Shown here: piece by piece, positions 16,473 to 27,400 of the stretch
Position numbering within the stretch: the stretch's first letter is position 1
Layout: every line of letters begins with the position of its first letter
Source of the DNA: a virus
Lineage: Duplodnaviria; Caudoviricetes
DNA length: 64,000 bases
Reading direction: 5' to 3' (one strand)
Virus record (IMG/VR): IMGVR_UViG_3300032270_001157
Span: 1-64,000 of that record
Made by a program: the position numbers and the translations under genes
The notes under the pieces: generated by a model
The model's database searches: none
Seen by the model: only the letters and a program-made list of their open reading frames with translations
Told to the model about the DNA's origin: nothing

Positions 16473-19400
16473 AATTAGTCTTCCCGGCTCGACAACAATA
16501 ATTATCATTATCACATTTTGGAATATCAGTATTATAACATCCTGGTGCGCTATTGCAATCTACAGTTTTATATACTTCAGAGGTATTAACTGGGGCTGTT
16601 GATGGACAAGATGATCTTATATCATTACATTTTATTCTTACTTCATCTGTTTTTAATATATCTTGTATGGTTTTGGGTCTACGATATGAGTAAGTATAAT
16701 ATGCTACAGTATATGTTACGGATGTTTCTGAAAATACTGGATCAGCTAGAGTAGCTCTATATTTCATAGCAGGATAACTTACTGATGTATAAAGCACTTC
16801 CTGACTACAAGATCCGGGCACAACACCCTCTACTATATCATTCAGATTAAGTGTTTTATTATTATAGCATGGGGCTGTGTTCTTAAGAGTTTGATCCATT
16901 TGTTGTTTCCATAGTTGGATCATTCTGTTTAATGCTATTGGGTGGGAAGCTGGGAAACTAACACGAATATCGCATCCTGCCACTGTAGGTCTGGGATAAC
17001 GAGTATTTCCTCCAGTGCAAAGAGAAGGTCCTTCAAAAGATATACAAGTAGTCCATGGGAAAGATTCTGGGGCTTCTTTACCACACAGACCATATCCACC
17101 ATTAGTATCTTCGTCTACACAACACTGGTCGCTACAACACAAAGAGCAATATCCACATCCAATAGTCTGGGCTCCCATAGGAACAGGACCGTCTTCGTTA
17201 GGATTAGCACTAGTTAAAAAGTATCCAAGTATACATGTTCTAGTTTCAGTAACAATATCCCAATTTTGTGTTTGAGCCGTCATATTAATTTTATTAGGTT
17301 TAACTCCACAACTATCACAATTACTAGAAATAGAGTCTAAAACCGTAAAACTATTATCTGGTACAACTACTCTCACTACAGGACAATTATTTCTAATTTC
17401 CTGAGTAATACATTGAGCGGGGCCGCTTGGTAAATTAATCGTTAAAGTATTATTATCATAGTTAATAGAGCATAAATTTACTGGACAAGAAGGATTATAT
17501 GGTGTTTGTTGAGATATTGAAACAGCGTCGTATATGTACCACTTAGCTGCTGGTCCACCGTCACATTCTATCCAAGCGCATTCTTCTGTTGCATCTCCTC
17601 CATAATCACTAAAAGAACCAGCTACAACACCATTCTGAGTGGTTGAGCAATATGGGGTTCTGTTAATTGTTAATTGATTTTGTTCAGTATATTTTATTCT
17701 TCTCTTATGGCCTTTCAAAGATATATTATATCTACAATATTCAAAATTGTAATCAAACGGAGTATAGTCATATTGTAACGTACTACAAACACAATATGCA
17801 GCGTTATTAGAATTTCTACAATATCCATACTCCCAGTCTGCACACTCACAATGATCTCCAGTGTCTCCACCAGTAGGAGGATGAATCCTACCGTTTACAG
17901 AACTAAAATACCTATTATTGGTTATTGGATCTATATAGTCATGAGTAAAACAAGTGCCACAAACAGGAACAGAGGGAGATCTCGAATTAGGCACTCCTAC
18001 AGGCTGATTAATAATTACTCCTCCTATTACATCTTCGACACTGCCTTCATTTCTAGGAGTAACTCCTATACTTCCTTCAGCATAACAACCACTAAAAGTT
18101 CCTCTTGCTACCTTACCCAATTTAATCTTTTTAGTTTTTAGGGTTAAAATATTACAATTACTACTAAGACTATCTTTTACAGACAACTTAATACCTCTAT
18201 TTGTACAGCCATAAGTGGGAACAGCTGATGTCCAAGCACAACCCGGAGTAAATGTAGTAGCCACAAAAGGAATATCTCCAGGAGGATAATTGGGATTACA
18301 AACAGGATTATCTCCCCCATTCCAATTACCCGGAGAACATTGATATCCACTCCATAAATTTTGAAGTTGTTGAACTAAAGCTCCTATGGCAATATCAGTA
18401 GCTCTACCAGAAGAGGATTCTAGTCGCAAAGCGTCTATTTGATTTTGTAAAGATATAGCTTGATCTTGAGTTGCCCTATCCATCATTTTCCAATAGGGGA
18501 AAGATACTCCTTTAGTTCCATCGCATTTGGTTGCGTAATATATTTCGGCACTTATAAAACCTTGCCATAGACTAATGCTTTTTGTACCTAATTCTTGACA
18601 GATTTTTAATAAATTATATTCTGTGGAACTTGTATTTCCTAGTGGACTACTAGATACAACTAAATTATTATTGACTGTATATTCTGTATGTATTATACTT
18701 TCTATAGCTTTACCGTCTACTACTGCTTGTATTTTAATTTTACCAGAATCTCTAACTATAGAAAACACAATATTTTTATTACCAATAGTCACAGAAACAG
18801 TTTTACCAACCCTTAAAATTCCATTAATAGATAATGAACCAGATATTTTCCTATCACTAGAGTCGGCAGTAGTATCTAAATCATATGGAATATTATTATA
18901 TAGGTCTTTAGCTTCTATTTTTGGATCTGTATACTTGATTAAGTCATTAAATTTAATAGTTTGATCACTAGAGCTGTCCACCGTTTTTAAATTAATTTTT
19001 TGCTTCTCTCCATACGTTAATCTAAATAACATCTCATTTGCTAATATGTCTGTATTTTTTACTTCATCACTATGATCATCAATAATACTATTTTGCATAA
19101 TATTTTGATATTCTTCATTTAAAACTGAAATCCTGTTAATAGTCGGTCTTGGCGAAACACTATTATCGCATGTATTAGTGGTATATAAAGGATTATTGGG
19201 GTCAAGCTCTAGTCTTTGAATATAGTGTAATTGATGATTACCAATTGGATTATATAGACCAGCATCATAGGATATAATATAAGGAATATTATTAAGATCT
19301 GACGAGAGAGATTTCATTTTAGGCATTTGAATACTATATATTCCACTGAACGATACTGAGCCGATAGTATTTATACCACAACGTACGCTTGAACAAGTGC

Positions 19401-22400
19401 CTAGGGTGTCAGTGTCTCCATAAATCGGGAAAGTAATAAATGGTTTACTTGTATATTGAATATTTTGAAAATGTCCAAAATCAAATTTATCAGAAGGAAA
19501 CGTGATTGTTTCTGTGGGCACATTAGGCATGAAGCTACGATTAATGCCAGCATTATTAATGACCTGAGTAGATTCTATAGAATAAAGTTGGAATGGAACG
19601 TCGTCTATTCTAAAAGTATTACTATAAACAACTTTGTCTGGCTGAATAGTGATTGCTGATTTAAGCTTATTTCGTCTGTTTAAGTCTATAAAAAATAGTT
19701 CTTTATTATTAGGGTCTAAATAATTATTCTCCCATTTATGGTCAGCATCAAAGTTTTTATACACTCCACTAATTTGAATTAGACCGGAGCAAATCTTTGC
19801 TGAATCTTGGAGCATATCTTTTAGTAATGGCTTTAAAGTAGCTCTAGCTGAATTGTTATATGAGCCATAGTCTGGTAAAAAGTTAATATCCATAAATGGT
19901 AGATAGTTATGGTTATCTCTAAAAGTTTTCTTTGCCAAAGAGTTATTGCCATCTCCTATATTGTATTTTTGATGAATAACATAAGAGGTTACTCCATTGT
20001 AGCTTAGTAATGTATCTTTAATTTCACCAGTTTTAGTTTTAGTTTTAAGATTATAGTTATATAATTGAGTGTTGCAATTATTGATAATTGTTTTGATAAA
20101 ATTATTTTTATACAGACTGGCTGGGTATTTTGAATTTATATAGTCATTATTATGAACGTATTCTCCGAGTTCATTAACTAATTTTCCATCAAAGCCAAGC
20201 ATGTCTCCCCATTTGGTAATATATAGTGGGTTTCTTAGCATACTATCAAGTTCACTTTTTAAAGCTTCTGGTATATCTTGATAGATAATTAAAGAATCAG
20301 AGCCTAAATCAACATCCTCTGAAACATTAAAAGTATCTCCCCAATTAGTATCATCATCCGTTTTCTCTGGCACAACACCAAGAAGACTAAAATCCAAATA
20401 ACCTTGACTATATTTTACATTAGAATCAAAAACAAATTCAGTATAAATTTTAATATATTTATCAGTAGTATTGTCATTGTACTTTAAAACATTTCCATTT
20501 TTATCAACAGAGATAGTATATATGCTTTTTTCTATAATTCTACCGATATAGTAAAGTTTTGGATTTTCTATTGAAAATAAAACTACTTTTTGATCACAGG
20601 TTTTTTTAGTGTTATAAACATAACCTAGTTTATTTTTAATAGTATAATCAATCTGCAAATCACTAAAATTAGTATATAGTCTATCGTCCTGCGCTTCTTC
20701 TGCTACAAGAAAATATGGTCGAGAGCCTTCTATTCTGATTTTGGTTTTAGTAATTTTTCTAACAAATTTAGTATTAAGAATTGGATAAAAATTATTGTTA
20801 TATTTAAATTTGCTATTAAATAAGTAGGTAAAGTTATAGAAAAAATTAAAATTCAAATATTCTTTTGGAGCTACTGGAAGAATTGGTCCTGGTAAATTAG
20901 TTAAATTATCTTGCTCAGTATATTCAAATAGATATGGTTGGCCAATGTATTTTTCTTCTCCTTTTAGGAATCCAAAAATATTTGGGTCGTTATATTCATG
21001 CCATTGATTATCTATGCTTAAATAGAGTCTAAGTTTTTTATGATTATCAAATTCTGATATTTGTCTTAAAGTTTCTTTAAGCTTATCATTCATTTCACCA
21101 ATTAACATTTGACCTTGTTCGTATGTATCATCTGGTCTGAAGAGCTCTTTATCATAATCAATATAAGACGTTAAAAGAGTATTATCTCTAACTACTGATG
21201 TAACATCCGTATTATTTCCTCCGTATATTAATCCGCTATTGGGATGGAAAAACCCCTTTTTAAGAACACCCATAGCAACAGGAGATTGAATAGCAAAGTT
21301 TAATATTTGTTTGCGGGGGATTCTACTAAATTTGATAGCAAGATCTATACTTTGATCACCTAGTGTGCCAAAAACATTATTTGTAGAACAAAAATTACCA
21401 CTGGGAGGATATAGAACAAACTCTTGTCCAGCTAATGCTTCTAGATAGGGATTAGTGAGAGTGGCTGAAACAGAAGATGCTGATCCACCGCTTTTTGTGA
21501 ATAAAATCTTTTTTTGCTTATCATAAATAGAAACTGAATCATTTAATGTGACACGAGTAGCAAATCTTTGATATCCTATATTGGGTGATGCAGTAATATC
21601 CGAATTGCCGTCCTCATCGGTGGTTGTGGTATAATTAGTTGGTCTAAATAAGTCTACATTTTCCACAACTTCAGCCCATACGTCAGCATGATTAGTATCA
21701 TAGGATGGAAGAGAAAAGCTCCACTCTGTTTTAAAGTAATTCGATAAATTAATAGAAATAGATTGACTACAACCATACGGTTGTTCTGGGTTGATCTTTT
21801 TATTTAGAACAGATAAAGATGATCCTATGCTTGGATGATTAGGTATCCTGCTGTCTCCGATAAGAGACATTAGATACTCACTAGCAAATCCTCCATAAGC
21901 TTTAAATATTGGACTATAGACAGTAGATAGATTAGGAGTAAATAATAAAGGCTCATTACTATATGTAATAGAACCGCCATCATCACAAATATATGGATAA
22001 TCTGCTATAGTATTAATAGGAAAACATTGACAATTATTTTGGTTAGGAAAACCTAAACATTCATAAGTATCAGAATTGCTACTTCGTAATTTGTCTATTT
22101 TTAGATTATAGATTTTGATACCAGCATCTTTAGTAGTAAAAGTGATTCTACATTTACCAGTAGTTAGAGAAGAAATACTTCTACTAAAAACTGTACTATT
22201 ATTGGCCCCAAAAACTTTGCTATCATAATAAACGCCACCCTGATGATGAAATGCTGCTTTATCAATTCTAGGATTCATTGCTGCTGCATTATATTTCCTT
22301 TTATCATATAAGCTTCCATCTAAAATAGTTCTAGCTAATCTAGTTCCAGTAGTTACTCCTTGACTATTATTATAAAACCTAGCTAATGTAGCATCGCAAA

Positions 22401-24474
22401 AACTAGCTTCTCCTTGAAAGTTAGAACATAAACCAGGATTAAGTTTAAGAGCTAATTTATAAGACGATCCATCTTCACAAGCAGAACAAGATACTATTGG
22501 TGTGTCAATTATTGGTCTAGGATAAGTGTTTTGTAAAATAGAACAGCCGCTAAAATAAACTAGTTCTTTGAGTAAATTATCATTCAGAAAAATACCTGCC
22601 ATATTTGCCGATTGTGTTTGAGTCATCACTCCGTCGCTACAGGTAGCAGCATATCTTTTTCTAGTTTTTATTTTACTTTCTATTTTTAGATTACTCAGTT
22701 CAATAGCTTGATTATATGCAAATTCTTTGGGTATTTCACTATCTAGACAATCCATTGTGGACTGACAACTATCAAATCTTCTCGTATCATTAACTTTGAC
22801 ATTCATATCAAAACTTAGATCAATATAAGCTTGACTATCAATATCGTCTAGAAACTCTAATATTGAAGTAGATCGAGGAGGACACCATAAATAAGAACCA
22901 TATTTATTTCCAAGAGTATGTATCAAGTCATCATTAGAAGTTATAAAATTCATATGGCTTACAGAACCAATACTACTAGTAGACATATCTTGATTTAATT
23001 GTTTTCTTTGTCTATAGGCATTGATGTGCGAAGTATCTAAATCTGTGGTCTTAAATAAATCTACTGTAACAGCATCATATTGTGGTGCTGTGCTTAATAA
23101 AGCTGCTAGTTCAAATTTTTGCAGCGTTGTCATTGAGTTTGGTCTGGTTTTTGAGGCTTTATCAGCACTATCTATACGATCATATATTTCTAACATTAAC
23201 GGATAAATATTGGCTGAAATATGCGTAAAATATGAACCAGAAGGAATAACTCCAACTACTGTATTATTTTTGATCAACTTAATACCAGAAGGACAGGTTT
23301 TAATTACTGGACCCCCATCATCTGGAGTAGCCACAGTCTCAGATATTGGTTCTGGTCCATCATTTCTGGCATAAAAAACATCTCCGGGAGAGATATATAA
23401 ATCTATTCCGGGAATAGGTCTTTGATCATTAACTCTATCTTTATCATAATATCTATACCAACCAATAACACCAGAAGAATAGTTCCATCTCCAATAAGAA
23501 CCTAGTTTTTCTGTTTTCACAAAAATATTATTGTAAGTATTTTGAGCAAAACCGTAGGCTAAATTATTAAATTCTGTAGCAGAAGGGAGCAGGGTTGTTA
23601 TATCTCTTGATACGGCGGATGGTGCCAGAGGATAAATAGTAGGATCTACTTCTGAATCTAGTCCCATCAACCCACTAAATATATTATTTGTAGAATAAGA
23701 AACATTGTTCTCATTTGAGGTATGAATTTTGGTTAAAATAAAATTACCACAAGTTTTACCTGTCTGTATATATTTTTGATATGCTTTATTATGATCATCT
23801 TCATTATCATATTGAGAAGTCATAGAGTCATATGGTATCTCAGCCATTCTTGGCTTAAGTTCCCAGTCTATACATAACTGAGGGGTAGAAGAAGCATTGG
23901 TAAAACTATTTAAAGCTCCAAGACCATCATTAGAAAACTTAATAAATTGAAAAAATCCGAGTCCGGAACCAATAGCAGGAAACTGTTGCATATGCTTGAA
24001 ATCATAAAACTTATTCAAATATTTTTGGTTCAAGACAGGAATTTTTGGTAAATAATCATCCTTGTCCATTCTGACATCGCAAGCTCCATTGCAACAATTA
24101 GAGACAAGAGCAGATGACTCATTATTCTGTGTGTCTTTTAATTTCCAAGATATACTATGATTAGTATTATTCGATACAGAAGAACAGTAAGAACAACGAA
24201 AAGAATCATTAGCTTCTATTTCGTCATAAGAAGCAATTGTTGGAGAACATGAACAAGGATTAAAAGACGAATTAAGAGTAGAGTCGGGTTGTCTTAGAGG
24301 ATCTCCATACGCAATTGTAGAACGACTATCCTGAATAACTATAGGTTTCCACAAACCACTATTAGGAGCATCAAATGAACCAATTAAAGATTTTAATCTA
24401 CTAATTTCTATCTGTGCAGTATCTAAATTAGCATCAGCTAAAAAAGACTTATTGTATATAGAACAACAGCTCAT
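16465..24474 (-). CDS. Giant (about 2669 aa) Cys-rich putative virion/tail-tip protein
   Basis: Uninterrupted ORF downstream of the tail-tip genes. AGGA precedes ATG 24474. Both ends are Cys-rich. Confidence 0.7.
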   Translation of the reverse strand: MSCCSIYNKSFLADANLDTAQIEISRLKSLIGSFDAPNSGLWKPIVIQDSRSTIAYGDPLRQPDSTLNSSFNPCSCSPTIASYDEIEANDSFRCSYCSSVSNNTNHSISWKLKDTQNNESSALVSNCCNGACDVRMDKDDYLPKIPVLNQKYLNKFYDFKHMQQFPAIGSGLGFFQFIKFSNDGLGALNSFTNASSTPQLCIDWELKPRMAEIPYDSMTSQYDNEDDHNKAYQKYIQTGKTCGNFILTKIHTSNENNVSYSTNNIFSGLMGLDSEVDPTIYPLAPSAVSRDITTLLPSATEFNNLAYGFAQNTYNNIFVKTEKLGSYWRWNYSSGVIGWYRYYDKDRVNDQRPIPGIDLYISPGDVFYARNDGPEPISETVATPDDGGPVIKTCPSGIKLIKNNTVVGVIPSGSYFTHISANIYPLMLEIYDRIDSADKASKTRPNSMTTLQKFELAALLSTAPQYDAVTVDLFKTTDLDTSHINAYRQRKQLNQDMSTSSIGSVSHMNFITSNDDLIHTLGNKYGSYLWCPPRSTSILEFLDDIDSQAYIDLSFDMNVKVNDTRRFDSCQSTMDCLDSEIPKEFAYNQAIELSNLKIESKIKTRKRYAATCSDGVMTQTQSANMAGIFLNDNLLKELVYFSGCSILQNTYPRPIIDTPIVSCSACEDGSSYKLALKLNPGLCSNFQGEASFCDATLARFYNNSQGVTTGTRLARTILDGSLYDKRKYNAAAMNPRIDKAAFHHQGGVYYDSKVFGANNSTVFSRSISSLTTGKCRITFTTKDAGIKIYNLKIDKLRSSNSDTYECLGFPNQNNCQCFPINTIADYPYICDDGGSITYSNEPLLFTPNLSTVYSPIFKAYGGFASEYLMSLIGDSRIPNHPSIGSSLSVLNKKINPEQPYGCSQSISINLSNYFKTEWSFSLPSYDTNHADVWAEVVENVDLFRPTNYTTTTDEDGNSDITASPNIGYQRFATRVTLNDSVSIYDKQKKILFTKSGGSASSVSATLTNPYLEALAGQEFVLYPPSGNFCSTNNVFGTLGDQSIDLAIKFSRIPRKQILNFAIQSPVAMGVLKKGFFHPNSGLIYGGNNTDVTSVVRDNTLLTSYIDYDKELFRPDDTYEQGQMLIGEMNDKLKETLRQISEFDNHKKLRLYLSIDNQWHEYNDPNIFGFLKGEEKYIGQPYLFEYTEQDNLTNLPGPILPVAPKEYLNFNFFYNFTYLFNSKFKYNNNFYPILNTKFVRKITKTKIRIEGSRPYFLVAEEAQDDRLYTNFSDLQIDYTIKNKLGYVYNTKKTCDQKVVLFSIENPKLYYIGRIIEKSIYTISVDKNGNVLKYNDNTTDKYIKIYTEFVFDSNVKYSQGYLDFSLLGVVPEKTDDDTNWGDTFNVSEDVDLGSDSLIIYQDIPEALKSELDSMLRNPLYITKWGDMLGFDGKLVNELGEYVHNNDYINSKYPASLYKNNFIKTIINNCNTQLYNYNLKTKTKTGEIKDTLLSYNGVTSYVIHQKYNIGDGNNSLAKKTFRDNHNYLPFMDINFLPDYGSYNNSARATLKPLLKDMLQDSAKICSGLIQISGVYKNFDADHKWENNYLDPNNKELFFIDLNRRNKLKSAITIQPDKVVYSNTFRIDDVPFQLYSIESTQVINNAGINRSFMPNVPTETITFPSDKFDFGHFQNIQYTSKPFITFPIYGDTDTLGTCSSVRCGINTIGSVSFSGIYSIQMPKMKSLSSDLNNIPYIISYDAGLYNPIGNHQLHYIQRLELDPNNPLYTTNTCDNSVSPRPTINRISVLNEEYQNIMQNSIIDDHSDEVKNTDILANEMLFRLTYGEKQKINLKTVDSSSDQTIKFNDLIKYTDPKIEAKDLYNNIPYDLDTTADSSDRKISGSLSINGILRVGKTVSVTIGNKNIVFSIVRDSGKIKIQAVVDGKAIESIIHTEYTVNNNLVVSSSPLGNTSSTEYNLLKICQELGTKSISLWQGFISAEIYYATKCDGTKGVSFPYWKMMDRATQDQAISLQNQIDALRLESSSGRATDIAIGALVQQLQNLWSGYQCSPGNWNGGDNPVCNPNYPPGDIPFVATTFTPGCAWTSAVPTYGCTNRGIKLSVKDSLSSNCNILTLKTKKIKLGKVARGTFSGCYAEGSIGVTPRNEGSVEDVIGGVIINQPVGVPNSRSPSVPVCGTCFTHDYIDPITNNRYFSSVNGRIHPPTGGDTGDHCECADWEYGYCRNSNNAAYCVCSTLQYDYTPFDYNFEYCRYNISLKGHKRRIKYTEQNQLTINRTPYCSTTQNGVVAGSFSDYGGDATEECAWIECDGGPAAKWYIYDAVSISQQTPYNPSCPVNLCSINYDNNTLTINLPSGPAQCITQEIRNNCPVVRVVVPDNSFTVLDSISSNCDSCGVKPNKINMTAQTQNWDIVTETRTCILGYFLTSANPNEDGPVPMGAQTIGCGYCSLCCSDQCCVDEDTNGGYGLCGKEAPESFPWTTCISFEGPSLCTGGNTRYPRPTVAGCDIRVSFPASHPIALNRMIQLWKQQMDQTLKNTAPCYNNKTLNLNDIVEGVVPGSCSQEVLYTSVSYPAMKYRATLADPVFSETSVTYTVAYYTYSYRRPKTIQDILKTDEVRIKCNDIRSSCPSTAPVNTSEVYKTVDCNSAPGCYNTDIPKCDNDNYCCRAGKTNYE

Positions 24475-24482
24475 TTGATTTC

Positions 24483-27400
24483 CTAGCAATTAACTGATTG
24501 TAATATCCAAGACCCATTAATAAAATTAAACATTCCTAAGTCTCCATTTGATACACTGAATCCCATGGGATTACCAAAAGTAGTTAAATATGAAATATCA
24601 ATTGTATTATTTGGGTCTTGATAAATATTATAAATAGATACTGAAGTATTTCCTTGAATAGTACCTGATGTAGTATAGGTTTTATTATAAACTGGTTCAT
24701 AGAAGCCATTTTGTCCATTATATTTACAGTATACTGGTGCTTTTCTTGGTGCTGGATTTATTCCAAGATTATCTTGTACAAATACTAATTTTCTTAAGCC
24801 TTCTGGTAATGGGTCATTAGTATATGAATCTTCTATAATAGCTCCCCTAGAAGGTTGTCTATTTACTAAATCAGTTTCAAGAACCACCCATACTGGTTTA
24901 TAATTAGCTCCTACTGTCCAAACACCAGCATTAGCATCCCATCTTAAATCAACAGGACCAACAGGCCATGTGCTAGGTAGTTGTCCCCAGCCTTTATAAA
25001 ACTGATGCTCCTTATAAGGCTCTGTCCATGTTCCATCAGGTTTTTGAGTTTGATTTTTGTATATAATTTTCCCGGTGACTCTATCTTTAACTATTTCTCC
25101 ATTAACAACTTTTGGCTCACCTGAAGCATTAGGTACTGGATAGCCCTCTAAATCATAACCCCATCCGTGAACCATCAACGGACCACGCAAACCAAAGTAT
25201 CTCATGTTATTGGCAGGAACAGTAGCAGGATTCATTCCTCTAAGACGAGTAAAATCCATGTAGTTTTGATCATAATCTAAAAAGCTACGTTCTATATTCT
25301 TAGAATATGCGGGCTTTAAGCCATTATCTCCTTCTGGTGCGGTTAAGCCCTGACCAATCAAATCTATACTATGACCAGTTAAATCATTTAATTGCCTATT
25401 AGGATAACTACTAAATTCTCCCACAGACATTAATACTGGATTTAATGTACCATAATTAATAATGGGGTTTCCACTTAATCCACTCACGGTGCCCAAATTA
25501 TTTTTACCAATTAAAGTCAAATCATCTCCACTAGCAAGAATATACGGAGGATTAGTTTCTTTGGGAGAAGCAGAGACTAGCTGCTTTTTAGTTTTATCTT
25601 CTATAGTTTCGCAAAATGGACAATCTACTGTTTTAGAGGTAATTGAATTTGTTATAGTATTAATATTTATATTAGAAGATGTAATAGAAGCATCAGGATC
25701 TATGAAATTATATGAATATTTTGCAGTTCCTTTGCAGAAAGGACATCCGGGCCTTGGATATTTGGTAATACTAAACGTAGCTCCGTGTGGAGTAGGATAA
25801 AATGAAATAGGAGATAACAAACCATCCAAACTCATCATGGATTTATTTGCGTAGCCATGTTTTAATTCCCTAGGAAGTTCTTGAACGTCTTGCAAAGAAA
25901 CATTGGTTGATTCTCTAATCATATTCTTAGGGTCATATGATATATTATTCGCCACAAAAGGCATCTTTGACCAACCGGGAGAATAATTCAAGTCTCTATA
26001 TATGTCTCCTATAGCACTATCAGGATGTACTATGGGAGAATTGGCACCAGCCAAAATTTCAAATGGGCTCCATTGATACATCTTAGGTTGTTGAGTATGA
26101 TTTAATATAGCATCAAAAATATTGCCAGGACCAGAATTTATCGATGAACCATACCGTGGACCATTATTTAGAGTGCCAAGAACATTTAATAAGCTGGTAC
26201 TAAGTTCTTTTCTTCTCTTCAGTGATTCTGCTCCAATAGCTTTGATTCGGTCAGCATTTTCTTTATTATAAAACCCTAATTTTCTAGTATAGGTTCTCAT
26301 ATTATAGTTGGTGGTGATACCTCCCTCACCCACCTGAACCTGAATACTACTAATAATAGGACCGCCAAAACCATCATTAGAAGAGGCTAGAGCATGTCCT
26401 AAATTAAAGGCTTTTCCAGCTAGATTCAATAAGATTGCTCCTGGAACTTGAATAGATCCCTGCTCGGTAGTTTGCTGATAATTAACATCGTCTTTAATTT
26501 TTGCCATCACAGCAGCATCTAAAGCGTCCATTCCTCCATAATTCCAAGGAACCAATCCAGCATCATGGTTAACTTTAATTCCACCTACTAAATTATTAAC
26601 ATCATTAGAGGGGTTTGTTCGTCCACCAAAAATATTATTTTCTATTAAACCAGGATGATTAGTCCAAGGTCCATAGGTAGCTAAAACGCTCTCAACAGGA
26701 ATAGCAGCAAAAAATGGATTTGCTGCTTTATTTAAAACAGAAGTATTCTCTGAGGATTCGTTGGTAATTTGTCCACCATTAGAACCAAAAAGAATTTCAA
26801 TAGTTGAACTATCATTAAACCTATGCATGATTAAAGATCTAGCATCCATATACACATAGTCTGGATAAGGATAGCGTCTTAGGCCACCATGAGTAGTTTG
26901 TCCAGCTGCTAGTGGATTAATCATAGGAGTTGGTATCGATGATCCTTTAACTACCTTATTCAAAGCATCTCCTTGCATTATATGAATCAAACCAACATCT
27001 TCAAAATTTCTATGATTTCCAATATAAACTGGAGAAGATACCGATATTACTACTCTTAATTCAGCTTCTGGTTCTAAAAACACAAAATCTTGTTGACAAG
27101 AAGCCTTAGTATAAGTTTTATAAACTTTATCTTGAGGCATTGGTTTACCGTGAGCTGTTGCATAACTAATAGAAGGAACTCCTCTATATGGTATATCTAC
27201 ATATTCTTCTGCTGGTAAAGAATGATGGATAGAAGTATAATAGTTATTTCTTTCGTCTGTAGCAGAAGTAGCGTTCCTACCATTCAATAGAGCAACCCAA
27301 TCGGTCATAATATGACTACCACAATCTGCGCTATTAATTAGACTAGCAGCCATAATATTTTTTTCTGCTACCCATTTTTCTCTACAATTAACTTCTGGAT

